A stretch of DNA of 64,000 nucleotides from Rhodosorus marinus CCMP1338 (GCA_029953675.1 JAMWBK010000001.1:124001-188000), one strand, 5' to 3'. Numbered from the stretch's first letter, positions 10,834-22,417 are shown. Notes: a model not told the origin generated them from the sequence alone. Made by a program: numbers and translations.

Positions 10834-13278
10834 TTACTCATGAAACTCAATTCGTTGCTGCGTTCCTGTGGTTGCAAGGGACGCCTCCTCCTCGTCCAAG
10901 CTCCCAGTGTCCATCGCCATCGCTACCGAATCCTTCGTATACTCCTCATCAACAAAATCTTCACTGGAGTCGTACAAGATCGGATCGTACTCCGCGTCTG
11001 CGATATGATCAACGACCATGTCTTCCTCCTGCTCGGCGTCAGTTGTACAACACAACCACTTTTTCCAGGTAGACGGCTTCCAGAAAGACAATCTTAGAAT
11101 GTCGACAAAGTCTCTGTCGTAGTCCGGGTCGTATACGTAGAAAGACTTCGCCTGGCTCTTCTCCTCCATCTCGTCGTCACTTTTGCCACCTCTCCTAGAA
11201 CAGAGGCTGGACAAGTAGCTTGTGCTGATCGTCAGGGAGTCCAGTACTCGCTTCGGGTGATCCACTCTCACCCCGACGAATATAATAAATACCATTGAGA
11301 AGATGCAACTAACCACCAATCCCCAATAATCCCGATAGGCAGAATATCCCACAGGGAGGTACCCCAGGAGGACTGATATGCAGCCCACGGTCAGCGCATA
11401 CGGCAGCTGTGTCATGGTGTGGTGCATCACATCACACCGACTGGAAATAGACGACAGTATGGTCGTGTCCGAGATCGGGGTGCAATGGTCACCAAAGACG
11501 GCTCCAGAAAGAATAGCGGAGATCGTCAAGATGAAGATTTCCGAGTCTCGTGCGGCATACCATGAGGTCGGCACAATGATCGGGAAAAGTATGCTCATCG
11601 TCCCCCAGCTCGTACCGGTACAGAAGCTGATCACTGCAGCAATCACGAACGTCAACGCCGGAAGAGCTCTCGGATCTAGACTACCAGAAAGTGCGCTCGC
11701 GAAGAAGATGTCAGCGCCACTGTCCGCTATCGCCGATCCGACGGCCCAAGCCAAAACCAACACCAGCACTGGTGCCAAAATGCCCTTGATTCCGTCAATG
11801 AATGCGGTTAAATTCTTCTCCATGGTCATCAACGGGCGGCCAGGGCACGCCTTGCAGCGAACCCAATAAACAACTGGGAACTCTAACGCATCATCCACAA
11901 TATACTGTATGCGATACATGAACCAGGCGATCAGCGTCGTAGTAAACCCGCCGTACATCAAAGACGCATATGCGTCTCCGTAGCCAAAAACGTTCTCAGC
12001 AGTCAATGGTAGTCCAAGCTCCTCAGCTGTCGACTTCCCCGTAAGCAAGATAGCGAGCAACACCAATAAAATCACAATCACAATCGGAATCACACCGTTC
12101 CACCACTTCAGCGGGGTTCCCTCCTCCGGCACCAGCGCAGACTGAGTCTCGTCATCCACAACGTTTGCGTCGTCACGAACGAGCTTGTGCTCATCGATAG
12201 CCCTCCTCTCCGCTACAAGCATAGACCCGAACTCTCGCCTCGCAACGATCATGAAAAACTGGAAAAACAACATAACGATCGGATAGAATCGTGACGGGAT
12301 GGTCTCTAAGAACACCAAGTACGCGTTCTCGTTGACCCCCGAAAGATCTTCACCCCGGAAAAGTAGCAGGTCAATCTGCTCCTGAATCAGCCCAACTTCA
12401 AACCCAATCCAAGATGATACTGGAGCAATCGAAGCCACTGGTGCCGTAGTTGCGTCCACAAGGAACGCCAGCTTCTCGCGGCTCACCCACAGTGCATCGG
12501 AAACAAAGCGCATCGTGTTCCCCAGAATCAGTGTGTTCGCGTAGTCGTCAAAGAATATAACGAAACCGAGTAGGAAAATGACGAGCTGAACGCTCGTTCT
12601 AGTCTTTGCAAACTTCCGAGAAACCTCTGCAACCCCAAAGCTGCCTCCAGATTTGGATATGCATGCGATAAGTCCACTGAGGCACCACGTGAACAGGATA
12701 ACAAACGCGTGGTCAATGTTTCCCAGCGATCGCGGCAGATACGTGTCCAACACACGGAGGAAAGCCTGGAACGGATCATATCTCGAAACAATCAAAGCCG
12801 CGAAAAACGTACCAAAGTACAGAGCATAAAGCACCTCACGCGTCGCCACGGCAATAACGATAGCCATGATGGGAGACAGGATAGTCACAGCGCCCGGCAC
12901 CAAAAAAAGCTCTTGTGTTGCGGACTCCACGGATGCGAAATCTGGAGTGACAGAGCTCTCCACAACTATGGTCTGCGCATTGCGCTCATCAATCACAATA
13001 CCCGAAATAGAATTCACCTGTAGGAGTGTACCATTCTCAGCAAACAGGTCAACTTCATTCTGGCCCAGGACGGTGCCTTCCCAAAGCACCCTGGAATACA
13101 GTTTCGTCCCCGGGTCGTAAGTAGTCTCATTGGTATATATCAAGTTCCACAGCAAATTGAACTGTACGCCTTCCACCAAAACCGGTCTCGGCTCCAGAGG
13201 TTGAACACCGGGTGAATCCCCATAGACAAACCCAGCCAAAACCAATAGTAGACATACAACAACAGCCCTCATATTCAT
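10834..13278 (-). CDS. NhaC-family (Na+/H+ antiporter / MleN-like) ion-transporter-superfamily protein, copy 1, intronless, 814 aa
   Basis: Multiple hydrophobic helices; family motifs IFFDDYANTLILG, VSREKLAFLVDATTAP, SFCTGTSWGTM, GAVFGDHCTPISDTTILSS; N-terminal signal-peptide-like stretch; acidic C-terminal tail. Confidence 0.85.
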   Translation of the reverse strand: MNMRAVVVCLLLVLAGFVYGDSPGVQPLEPRPVLVEGVQFNLLWNLIYTNETTYDPGTKLYSRVLWEGTVLGQNEVDLFAENGTLLQVNSISGIVIDERNAQTIVVESSVTPDFASVESATQELFLVPGAVTILSPIMAIVIAVATREVLYALYFGTFFAALIVSRYDPFQAFLRVLDTYLPRSLGNIDHAFVILFTWCLSGLIACISKSGGSFGVAEVSRKFAKTRTSVQLVIFLLGFVIFFDDYANTLILGNTMRFVSDALWVSREKLAFLVDATTAPVASIAPVSSWIGFEVGLIQEQIDLLLFRGEDLSGVNENAYLVFLETIPSRFYPIVMLFFQFFMIVARREFGSMLVAERRAIDEHKLVRDDANVVDDETQSALVPEEGTPLKWWNGVIPIVIVILLVLLAILLTGKSTAEELGLPLTAENVFGYGDAYASLMYGGFTTTLIAWFMYRIQYIVDDALEFPVVYWVRCKACPGRPLMTMEKNLTAFIDGIKGILAPVLVLVLAWAVGSAIADSGADIFFASALSGSLDPRALPALTFVIAAVISFCTGTSWGTMSILFPIIVPTSWYAARDSEIFILTISAILSGAVFGDHCTPISDTTILSSISSRCDVMHHTMTQLPYALTVGCISVLLGYLPVGYSAYRDYWGLVVSCIFSMVFIIFVGVRVDHPKRVLDSLTISTSYLSSLCSRRGGKSDDEMEEKSQAKSFYVYDPDYDRDFVDILRLSFWKPSTWKKWLCCTTDAEQEEDMVVDHIADAEYDPILYDSSEDFVDEEYTKDSVAMAMDTGSLDEEEASLATTGTQQRIEFHE

Positions 13279-13884
13279 TTAATAAATAGACCATTCCTCT
13301 AGGAATAACCCCTTCTAGCTTAAGAACTCCCAGGCTCTTCACTCTCGTCTCCTACCTGCCTGATAACTCTCCCTCACACAGTCAATACCCTCCCCACGGC
13401 AGAAATCCTTCCCTAGGAACCCAAACGGCAAGCACGGCACAAGTGCTCTTAATCCTAATACACACAGCCTTCCAAACCCATTCTTCAAACTAGGTGCGAT
13501 GTTAGTACAAAACAATAGTACTAAAAATAAGCTCCACCACTAGCAACAAAAAACTCATGCAATACCCTTTGGTTGGATGGGGTCATTGTGCTTTGCTGGC
13601 GTACATATGAGCATATTTTATATTCAAATACATATTTCGTGTGTATTAGCCTCATCCACGTACGGGTTGGAAAAAAGAGTACCAATCATATTCTCCTATC
13701 AATCTTACCCCCTCAATTTTTTGCCCTACTAGAATGGTCCGATTCTTGAGGGTAAAAAAAAAAAGAAAAACGAGTTTAACCTGATGGTCGATTTCGGAGC
13801 AAATTTTGGTATGAAAATTTTGTTTTTTTTTTCCTGCCCAGTCGACGTGCTGGCATGCAAGCTCCTAACACTGCTATCAACGAC

Positions 13885-14250
13885 GACTAGCAGAGGGAAC
13901 AGAACTTTTCCTTGGTGTTTTTTTTCTCTGAGAGGTTGCGCAGTGAGGGTCGTTAGGTAGGTGAGTCTGGTTGAACGACATGGATTTGAGTTTTAAACTA
14001 GCAACATTGAACTAGAATAGCTGCGATTTTTGAAAACGTTAGCTCCCACGCCTACTGTTGAGCCAGAGCGAGCCCCATACAGTTGCTACTCTGTTATTAG
14101 TAACAACTAGTAAAGGAACAGAACTCTTCCGTTGCTACTTCGTCATTAGGAACAACTAGTCAAGGAACAGAACTCTTCCGGCTGGGGTTTTTGTAAGGGG
14201 TTGCGCGGTAAGGGCGGTTAGGTGTGTAAGTCTGGAACGACAGGGTTTGG
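13885..14250. repeat. Intergenic direct repeats between the two NhaC genes
   Basis: ACTAG..GGAACAGAACTYTTCC occurs at 13885-13911, 14102-14131 and 14151-14180. The downstream block GGTTGCGC.GT.AGGG..GTTAGGT..GT.AGTCTGG..GAACGACA follows the first and third copies. Confidence 0.8.
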
Positions 14251-14334
14251 GTTGACGGATGTGGATGTTGGTAGGGTGGGGCTAAGTATAGCGGGCTTTA
14301 AATAAGAGCTACCATTGACTTGGTACAAAGCATC

Positions 14335-14448
14335 CTAACACAACAGTTCCTAATCTAAAGTACATATTCTACACAACGAAGTTTGACCTCTTAACACAAC
14401 AGGTTCCTAATCTAAAATACATATTCTACGCAACGAAGTTTGAATCTC
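14335..14448. repeat. ~57-bp tandem duplication spanning the stop codon of NhaC copy 2
   Basis: 14335-14390 and 14391-14448 share TAACACAACAG(G)TTCCTAATCTAAA.TACATATTCTAC.CAACGAAGTTTGA. Confidence 0.9.
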
Positions 14449-16840
14449 CTCCCGAAAGTCGCTTCGTTGCTGAGGCTGCGGGGGACACTTCATCGAAACT
14501 CACAATCTCTTCTACCCCGGATTTCTTCAACTCGGCGTCCAGCTCTTCGACCATATCACCATCCTCGGCGATCTCCATGTCGCTGCCTCCCTTCGCGGCC
14601 TGCTTCTTGCAGCTGAACCACCCCTTCCAGGTAGACCATTTCCAGAAGTTCGGCCTAAGGATATCTACAAATTCTTTATCGTACTGCTCGTCGTAGACAA
14701 AGAGCGACGTCGCCTTCTCCTCGTCCCCATCTTCTGAGCATTCTTCAGTAGCTTTACGTCTAGTGCACAACCTGCCCAGGAAGTTTGAAGCGATTGTCAT
14801 ACCATCCAGCCTCCGCTTGGGGTGATCTACTCTCACGCCGACAAAAATTATAAACACCATCGAGAAGGCGCAGCCGATGATCAATCCCCAATAGTTTTCG
14901 TAGGCGGAGTATCCCACAGGGAGGTACCCGAGGATAATTGAAACGCAGCCCACAGTCAGGGCATACGGCAGTTGCGTGATAGTGTGATGCATAACATCAC
15001 ACCGACTGGAAATAGACGACAGTATTGTTGTGTCCGAAATCGGGGTACAATGGTCCCCAAAGACGGCTCCGGACAGAACCGCGGAGATCGTCAAGATGAA
15101 GATCTCCGAGTCTTGTGAGGCATACCATGCGGTCGGCACAATGAGCGGGAACAGTATGCTCATCGTCCCCCAACTCGTGCCAGTGCAGAAGCTGATCACC
15201 GCGGCAATTATGAACGTCAAGGTCGGAAGAGCTCTGGGATCCAAACTATCGGAAAGTGCGCTCGCGAAGAAGATGTCAGCACCACTATCCGTGATCGCCG
15301 CTCCGATGGCCCAAGCCAAAATCAACACCAGCACGGGCGCAAAAATGCCTTTGATTCCGTCAATGAATGAGGATAAATTCTGCTCCATGGTCATTAAAGG
15401 GCGGCCAGGGCTTGCCTTGCAGCGAATCCAATATGCAATAGGGAAAATTAGCCTATCCTCCACGACATACTGTACGCGATACATGAACCAAGCGATCAGC
15501 GTGGTGGTAAACCCGCCGTACATCAACGATGCATATGAGTCTCCGTTGCCAAAAATGTTCTCCGCGGTCAATGGTAGTCCAAGCTCCTGAGCAGTCGTCC
15601 GGCCGGTAAGCAAGATAGAGAGCAAAACCAAGAAAATCACAATCACAATCGGAATCACACCGTTCCACCACTTCAGCGGGGTTCCCTCCTCCGGCATCAT
15701 TGACGATTGAGACTCGTCATCCAAAACCTTTGCATCATCACGGACGAGCTTGTGCTCATCGAGAGCTCTCCTCTCGGCGACAAGCATTGGCCCGAACTCT
15801 CGCTTCGCCACGATCATGAAAAACTGGAAAAACAACATAATGATCGGATAGAATCGCGACGGGATGGTCTCCAGGAACACTAAGTACGCGTTCTCGCTGA
15901 TCCCGACAAGATCTTCACCCTGCGCGATAAGCAAATCAATCTGTGCCTGAATAAGCCCGACCTCGAACCCGATCCAAGATGATATTGGAGCAATCGAAGC
16001 AACCGGTGCTGTGGTCGCGTCCACCAGGAACGCCAGCTTCTCACGGCTCACCCACAGTGCATCGGAAACAAAGCGCATAGTGTTCCCCAGAATCAGAGTG
16101 TTCGCGTAGTCATCAAAGAAGATGACAAAACCGAGTAGGAAAATGACGAGCTGAACGGTCATTCTGGTCTTTGCAAACTTGCGGCAAACCTCTGCGATTC
16201 CAAAGCTTCCTCCAGACTTGGATACGCAGGCAATAAGTCCACTGAGGAACCACGTGAAGAGGATGACAAACGCGTGGTCAACGTCTCCAAGCGATTCCGG
16301 CATATACGTATCCAATACTCGGAGGAAAGCCTGGAAGGGATCATACTTTGAAACAACAAAGGCTGCGACGAAGGTGCCGATATACAGAGCATAGAGCACC
16401 TCACGAGTCAACCCCGCAACGAGAATAACCATGATTGGAGAGAGGAGAGTTACCCCCCCTGGAACCAAGAAAACCTCTGTCTGTGAGGACTCAGCCGTTG
16501 CAAAATCTGAAGTAAGGGAATTCTCGACAAAGATCTCCTGGTTACTACGCTCATCTATCAGGATGTCGCTCAAAGAATTCGTTTGTACAAGGAGCCCTTC
16601 TTCAGTAAACAGATCAATCTCACTCTCCCCAAGTATGGTACCTTTCCAAATCACCCTAGAGTACAGCTTCGTCCCCAGGTCGTAAGTCGTTTCATTTGTG
16701 TAGCCCAGCGTCCAGGCCACCGTAAACGATACGCCTTCCACGTAGATCGGCCTCGGCTCTTGGATGTTGATAAGAGGCGGGTTCCCATAGGCAATCCCAG
16801 CCAATACCAGCAGCATGCAAGCAACGATGGTCGTCCTCAT
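14426..16840 (-). CDS. NhaC-family transporter, copy 2, intronless, 804 aa
   Basis: Paralogue of 10834-13278 with the same FDDY, SREKLA and GDHCTPISDTT motifs; signal-peptide-like N-terminus MRTTIVACMLLVLAGIAYG. Confidence 0.85.
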   Translation of the reverse strand: MRTTIVACMLLVLAGIAYGNPPLINIQEPRPIYVEGVSFTVAWTLGYTNETTYDLGTKLYSRVIWKGTILGESEIDLFTEEGLLVQTNSLSDILIDERSNQEIFVENSLTSDFATAESSQTEVFLVPGGVTLLSPIMVILVAGLTREVLYALYIGTFVAAFVVSKYDPFQAFLRVLDTYMPESLGDVDHAFVILFTWFLSGLIACVSKSGGSFGIAEVCRKFAKTRMTVQLVIFLLGFVIFFDDYANTLILGNTMRFVSDALWVSREKLAFLVDATTAPVASIAPISSWIGFEVGLIQAQIDLLIAQGEDLVGISENAYLVFLETIPSRFYPIIMLFFQFFMIVAKREFGPMLVAERRALDEHKLVRDDAKVLDDESQSSMMPEEGTPLKWWNGVIPIVIVIFLVLLSILLTGRTTAQELGLPLTAENIFGNGDSYASLMYGGFTTTLIAWFMYRVQYVVEDRLIFPIAYWIRCKASPGRPLMTMEQNLSSFIDGIKGIFAPVLVLILAWAIGAAITDSGADIFFASALSDSLDPRALPTLTFIIAAVISFCTGTSWGTMSILFPLIVPTAWYASQDSEIFILTISAVLSGAVFGDHCTPISDTTILSSISSRCDVMHHTITQLPYALTVGCVSIILGYLPVGYSAYENYWGLIIGCAFSMVFIIFVGVRVDHPKRRLDGMTIASNFLGRLCTRRKATEECSEDGDEEKATSLFVYDEQYDKEFVDILRPNFWKWSTWKGWFSCKKQAAKGGSDMEIAEDGDMVEELDAELKKSGVEEIVSFDEVSPAASATKRLSGGDSNFVA

Positions 16841-17282
16841 CTTTTCCGAAGCTGTGCAGTCCCTACTATCAAACCAGTCTCATCCAACGAGGTGCATCCT
16901 CTTCCGCCCTTGCCCTTGAACTAACGAGCTTTGCCCGCAGCGAGGTCGCTCTCCCATCACAAGTCTTATTATATAACCCAAATGACGGCTGTGGGCCATG
17001 CTACTTTTGCCTGACATTCATGTCTCTATGCCCGGCAAGTTAGGGGGCGTGTCGGAACCACGTTGAAGTGTGCAATTTCCCATGCGCGAGGATACTAAAA
17101 GAAAATTCTTTCTTCAAAACTTGACCCAGCCGTTGGCTATGTCAAGGTATGAATCCCAGTTACTTCCTGATCACCAAGAAATAAAAATCATGCCGTTTGG
17201 GGGGGAGGGATTATAAAGCTCCTCACAGTATTTGCGGCCGACCGAACCCCTCGCTCTTCATATCGATAGGCTAGCGCGTGGC

Positions 17283-17860
17283 ATATCCCCCAGCTAACGC
17301 AAGCGCGGGGCATCGCAACCGCGCCCTATCGCAACCTCCCCCTTCATTTGCGTGGCACATCATCACCCACCATTGATCATCATCAGCATCATCCTGTCTC
17401 TCATGATGAAAATCAATTCAATTTTGGCAAGATCGCAATCGTCGAGTTACTGAAAATACCCATCCAAGATGTTGTGGTAAAAAGTACTCTCGTAATTATT
17501 TAAGGATTCTTCATATTAATGACCCAAACCTACTCAAAACAATCCCTATTCTACTTGAACTCTGGTTGAATGGGCCTTATATGTATCCCCGAGCTATGGC
17601 AAGTGCGGGGCATCGCAACCGCGAACTATCTCAACCTCCCCCTACATCTACGTGGCACATCATCACCCACCATTGATCATCATCAGCCCCATCCTGTCTC
17701 TCATGATGAAAATCAACGCAATCGTCGAGTTAACTGAAATACCCATCCAAGATGTATTGGTAGAAAGTATTCTCGTAATTATTTAAGGATTCTTCATATT
17801 AATGCGCCAAACCCATTCAAAAACAATCCCCATTCTATTTGTAACTCTGGTTGAATGGTC
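17283..17860. repeat. ~300-bp tandem duplication (two diverged copies) upstream of NhaC copy 2
   Basis: 17283-17576 and 17584-17860 share long identical blocks, e.g. CGTGGCACATCATCACCCACCATTGATCATCATCAGC and CTCGTAATTATTTAAGGATTCTTCATATTAATG. Confidence 0.92.
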
Positions 17861-20800
17861 TTCCCAACTATTAAACACAAAATTCTCATATTTTTTTTGT
17901 TTTCTAGTAGACTTCTTATTTTGGCGGACTATGACTGACATGGACATGGCCATCTCGCGATTTCCTTTTTTTTTGTTTTCATTACAGCTCTGAAAATTCT
18001 AAGAAAAAAAGATAGATGAAGTTGCTTTTTTTCAAACCCTCAAAAAATCCCGAACGGTCAACCAGGGCTGGAAATAAATAAAAAACAAACGAGCTTAGTA
18101 GTAACTAGTATTCATATCGCACACAGTCATCGTCCCTGGTCTCGATCATGTACTGACGAAAACCGGTCTACCAGCATCTATTGACGTCAACGTCATCATG
18201 TAAGGTCCAGTGCTGAAGAATTCCATATCTGTGTTGACCATCCGGGAAGGGAGGTTCACACCAAAATCTAGGGGGGTCGCGGTGACGATGTTGAGGCGTT
18301 TGCCAAGCTGGATATACATAAAAACAAATATTGTAGATCCTCTATTTACAGATGTTGCCAGTATCTCACACACACATCCCATGCGCCCGTTCATTGACAA
18401 AGAAGTCAACCTCAAGGACTGCTGGACTCTTGTGAACAGGTGCATTTTTGCGGAGAGCGTTGCAAGAAATAGAAGCTCCCCGTCGAGACAGTTTTATTTC
18501 TTCTTTTTTGGTCCAGATAAAGTCAGATCGATTTGTCGAGCACAAACAACGCGTAGCCATAAAAATACTATAAAAAAGCCATCTATCGCGTTTAGCAGAA
18601 TGATGAACGCTGAACGCTTGGTTTGTCTTCACCAAACGCCCCGGTGTAGCCAAAATCTATATCTCCGTTTACAGCCAAAAATAACTCTAAATAGTAGAAA
18701 TTGAATTTCTGTTTCTGCCAACAGAAATGGTACTTCCCGTTTTGCGAACCATGTGCATTTAACCTCTGGGACGCTTGGACGTGGATGTCATGATCTCGAT
18801 GTTAACATATCCAGAATGCGGTTGTTTTTGAAGGACTTTCCCGTTCCCCTCGTGGAGAGTAATCAGAATTTTGAAGCAGGTTTGAAGTGTAAAAAACGAA
18901 CATATAGGATATATGTGCTGTACGGGTTATATCCTCCCGCCAGAAATCTCGCTTCAAAATTTGACGTCAGTTGGGCGTCCAGAGGCCGCGGTGATGTTTC
19001 AGGTGGTGATTTATAGCTAGAAAATCACCCCTCATGATAGGTTCGTACTTTTTTGAGAGGACTCTGCTTTCGAGGGATCGCATGAGCGACCCATGCCACG
19101 GGTCTCGGTTCCATTGAAACGCGAGGTTACAATTATAGGAGAAACTCGCAAGGAAAAAACGCGTTGCTCCATTCACAAACAACATGGGATAGTCGCTTGT
19201 ATGTAGGATGGTGTATCTAGTAACTTTTTACCAGATAAAAACTTGATTGTCGTGAGAAAGGTAGAAAAAGAAAAATGACGAATTAGCAGAGAGAATTTGA
19301 TTTGCCCTTGGAAAATGATTGGATTTGATTACAGCGGGGGGGATTTCCGGAGATGGAACGTCCTCGCCGTGCTAATGCACCTTTCGGGGAGGGGGAAACC
19401 CCAAAACTTCTTGATATGGGCAAATAGCGACCGACGCATAGACAGAGGCAAGGTCAAATCAGTTTATGATCAGAGAGCCCAGCGCTACTTTCTGAGAGCT
19501 TCAGTATGGCAGGCTCAAGGAGTTTATGCTCGAGCAGGTCTTCTCTCATGGTAGAGTGAGAAACCGCTTAACTTAACTAAGTCACGATCAAGTAGCGGGC
19601 GGTATCATATGATTAGCCCTGCATATCCTCACCTCCCAGAACAAAGATCTCGCTGAGGGCGAAACACGCTGAGAACCAGTCTAGCTTACACCTACTTACC
19701 CAGTCGGCTACTCCGTAAGAAGCTCATGTGGCTTCCTTTTTTGCTATAACTCCGCTTGGACACTCTAGAAAGCTGTCGCGTAAATGACTGCAGGACTTGA
19801 GGAGTGGTACGCTGTGATCGGTTGTCAACCCCTCCGGCAAGCGTGCGACCAATGGACTTGGTAAGAACGCTCATAATTTGTTTACAGAATTCTCGGAGGC
19901 GGAAGTGGCGGAACATTTTTAACCACGTTGCACAAGTTGGTTCAGCAAAAGGCGTCTTAGCACAGCCCTTCAGATCCCATCCATGTGCTCGGTGGAATCG
20001 AAGAATTCCGAAACCATTCTGTTTCCTAATTTGCTATCCTAGCCAAAAAACATTTTCTGTGCTGATCCTAGTCAAGGCATAGTGACACCTGTGCAAGCTG
20101 ACAACGAACGTTCTATCTCGCTGGGGTCGCAGTGAGTAGAGACTGTGGTAAGGGATCTGATCACTCTTCCCTCAATCATGTATCCCGACTGTGGGAACCG
20201 CAAAGGCTTCGTAAACTCCCCTGGATAGATATTGGACATGGCAGATTTAGGCCTCAGAACGCATCTCCGCCGTGGACATTGAGGTCGACTGAATGTACGG
20301 TCTGGGACGAGGTCAACGCCGCAATGTCAACCCTCGGTGAGTAGAGCACTAGTCAACGTCGTACATTCACGTGGGAAGCCTAACTAGCGCGAGATCCTCC
20401 CAATACTGTTAGGACAACACTCTCAGAACTAGTGTAGGACGAAAAATTCCAATCCAACAAAGAGCTCCGACACATAGAAACGAAATTTTTGCTTTCCGTT
20501 TTCGGCGAGAGGGAAGCTGGAAAATGCTCAATCACAAAGATCAGGCGGGAATGTCTTCTACTTTTAGGTGTCCTTGCCGGGATGTCAGTGGTTTGGTGCT
20601 TGACAATGAACAGGCGATCGGAAGGGCCAAGGCATCAAGTTCGAAAAAACCTCCAATTTTGGAAACGCGGTTTTCATCCCAGCAAAACAGGCGTTGGCTT
20701 CCAGCACACACATTCCATGGATCACATGGCAATGGACTACAGATCAACATGTGCTTTTCCATACAAAAAACAAACCGCTGGAAGGGACGAAACCAGGACA

Positions 20801-21763
20801 AAAAAAGCAATATTCATACTTTCTTCTCTGTTCAAAATTATAATGAAAATATTCCCCAAAAACTCCCGCTAACACCCCTAAAATTCGTCCCTAATGAATG
20901 GAAATCCCAGGTTTTCTCCACTGAGTTCTCAACTAATTATATTATGGGTTGGGAGGAGGGCGTGGATAGTAATGATTGGACAAATAGGAGAGTACGTATT
21001 TTTATTGGTTTATAATACGCCCACGAGATATATGATTGGATGTATGCGAAGAGACGCGACTGGTCTGTTTTTCTTTCTAAGACAAATTAATCTTCAAAAA
21101 ATGGAAAAGCAGGTCCAAAAACCTGTTTCCACCCCAAAAAGCCTGCTTTGGTTAAGAGACCTCCTGAGTCTACCCGTCAAAACACTCATTTTCTGAGGAT
21201 AATCCGAGCGATGGGCCTTGTCAGTTTGCTGTCGGAACTTGTGCAGTCAAACCGAACCTTCGCTGTGCCTTCGGCTGTGTCCTGTGATGGTTACGGGAAC
21301 AGCCATTCGGATGTCCGGATCGGATTGGAACCAGTTAACCTGGGAGAGACCAGACATGGCTCGTGGTATGCTATGGGCATGGCTGAACGTAAATGAAGTC
21401 AGCAATCAAGTACCGTTTGTCCTCGTTTTACCCCAAGGTTGTTGATCCTTTTCTGCAGGCGACTGTGGTCGTATTCAACGCTGGATACTGCAAGGCACTA
21501 TAAGGATATGAACAAAAGCATATCACGCGTATGTGCTCACGAAGGTTAGAAGGTATATAAGTGTGAGGCTGACACTTGCAAGGCAAGCCTTGAATAGCAT
21601 GATGGCTTGACATGCAGACTGTGTGCAACTTCAACATTTTTGCTTTGGATGACCTTGTTACGACCCATTCGTTTAGACATGCAAATTTTGTTGATGCTAA
21701 GTGGAAAATCGGCACATCACTGGCTAACATCATGAGTTGTTTTGTTTTTTTTGTGCATCCACT

Positions 21764-22229
21764 GAAGGTATTCTGTCCGCAAGTCTTGTTGGTAGTGGGG
21801 CACGTTCAGTCCTCTCGGGGAGAAAGGGCCAAGTTCCTTTAGAAAAACCTCTCTCTTGCTTGCGTCGATGTGAACAGCCTAGGCTTTCATTTCCGACTCT
21901 TGGAGGATGCGGCCTCGTTGTTTTAGTCCTTGCCTTGCGAGAAGTACAGTGAAGAGGTCACCGCAAGGTTCAGATCTGCTTGGACATTGATCTGAACCAG
22001 CCAGAAGGTATTCTGTCCGCAAGTCTTGTTGGTAGTGGGGCACGTTCAGTCCTCTCGGGGAGAAAGGGCCAAGTTCCTTTAGAAAAACCTCTCTCTTGCT
22101 TGCGTCGATGTGAACAGCCTAGGCTTTCATTTCTGACTCTTGGAGGATGCGGCCTCGTTGTTTTAGTCCTTGCTTCGCGAGAAGTACAGTGAAGAGGTCA
22201 CCGCAAGGTTCAGATCTGCTTGGACATTG
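21764..22229. repeat. Near-identical 226-bp tandem duplication with a 14-bp junction insert
   Basis: 21764-21989 is repeated at 22004-22229 (240 bp period) with only a few substitutions; spacer ATCTGAACCAGCCA. Confidence 0.95.
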
Positions 22230-22315
22230 GTGGATGGAAAGCTACACCGCCCACGGAATCGTGTACATCTTGAATTCATAGATATAGGGTGAGAAACTGA
22301 GAGAGAACAAACGGA

Positions 22316-22417
22316 AATTTCTGGCTCCAACGATACTCTCCTCACACTAATACCAACCAACGCCCTGAAGCCGACCGCACAATTTCTGGCCCCAACGATA
22401 CTCTCTTCAACTAATAC
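22316..22417. repeat. ~37-bp direct repeat, 65 bp period
   Basis: AATTTCTGGCYCCAACGATACTCTCYTCA(C)ACTAATAC at 22316-22353 and 22381-22417. Confidence 0.85.

Noticed and set aside
13885-14250. Direct repeats with spacers resembling a CRISPR array (also 50142-50272)
   Set aside because: Eukaryotic context, too few and too variable repeats, no uniform spacers, no cas genes.
19690-19705. TACTTACC resembling the U1 snRNA 5' end
   Set aside because: No downstream U1 stems or Sm site; more simply a reverse-strand splice-donor-like sequence.
18100-21700. Numerous 60-165 aa ORFs on both strands
   Set aside because: No recognisable motif or consistent splice pattern; probably highly decayed sequence that I could not assign.
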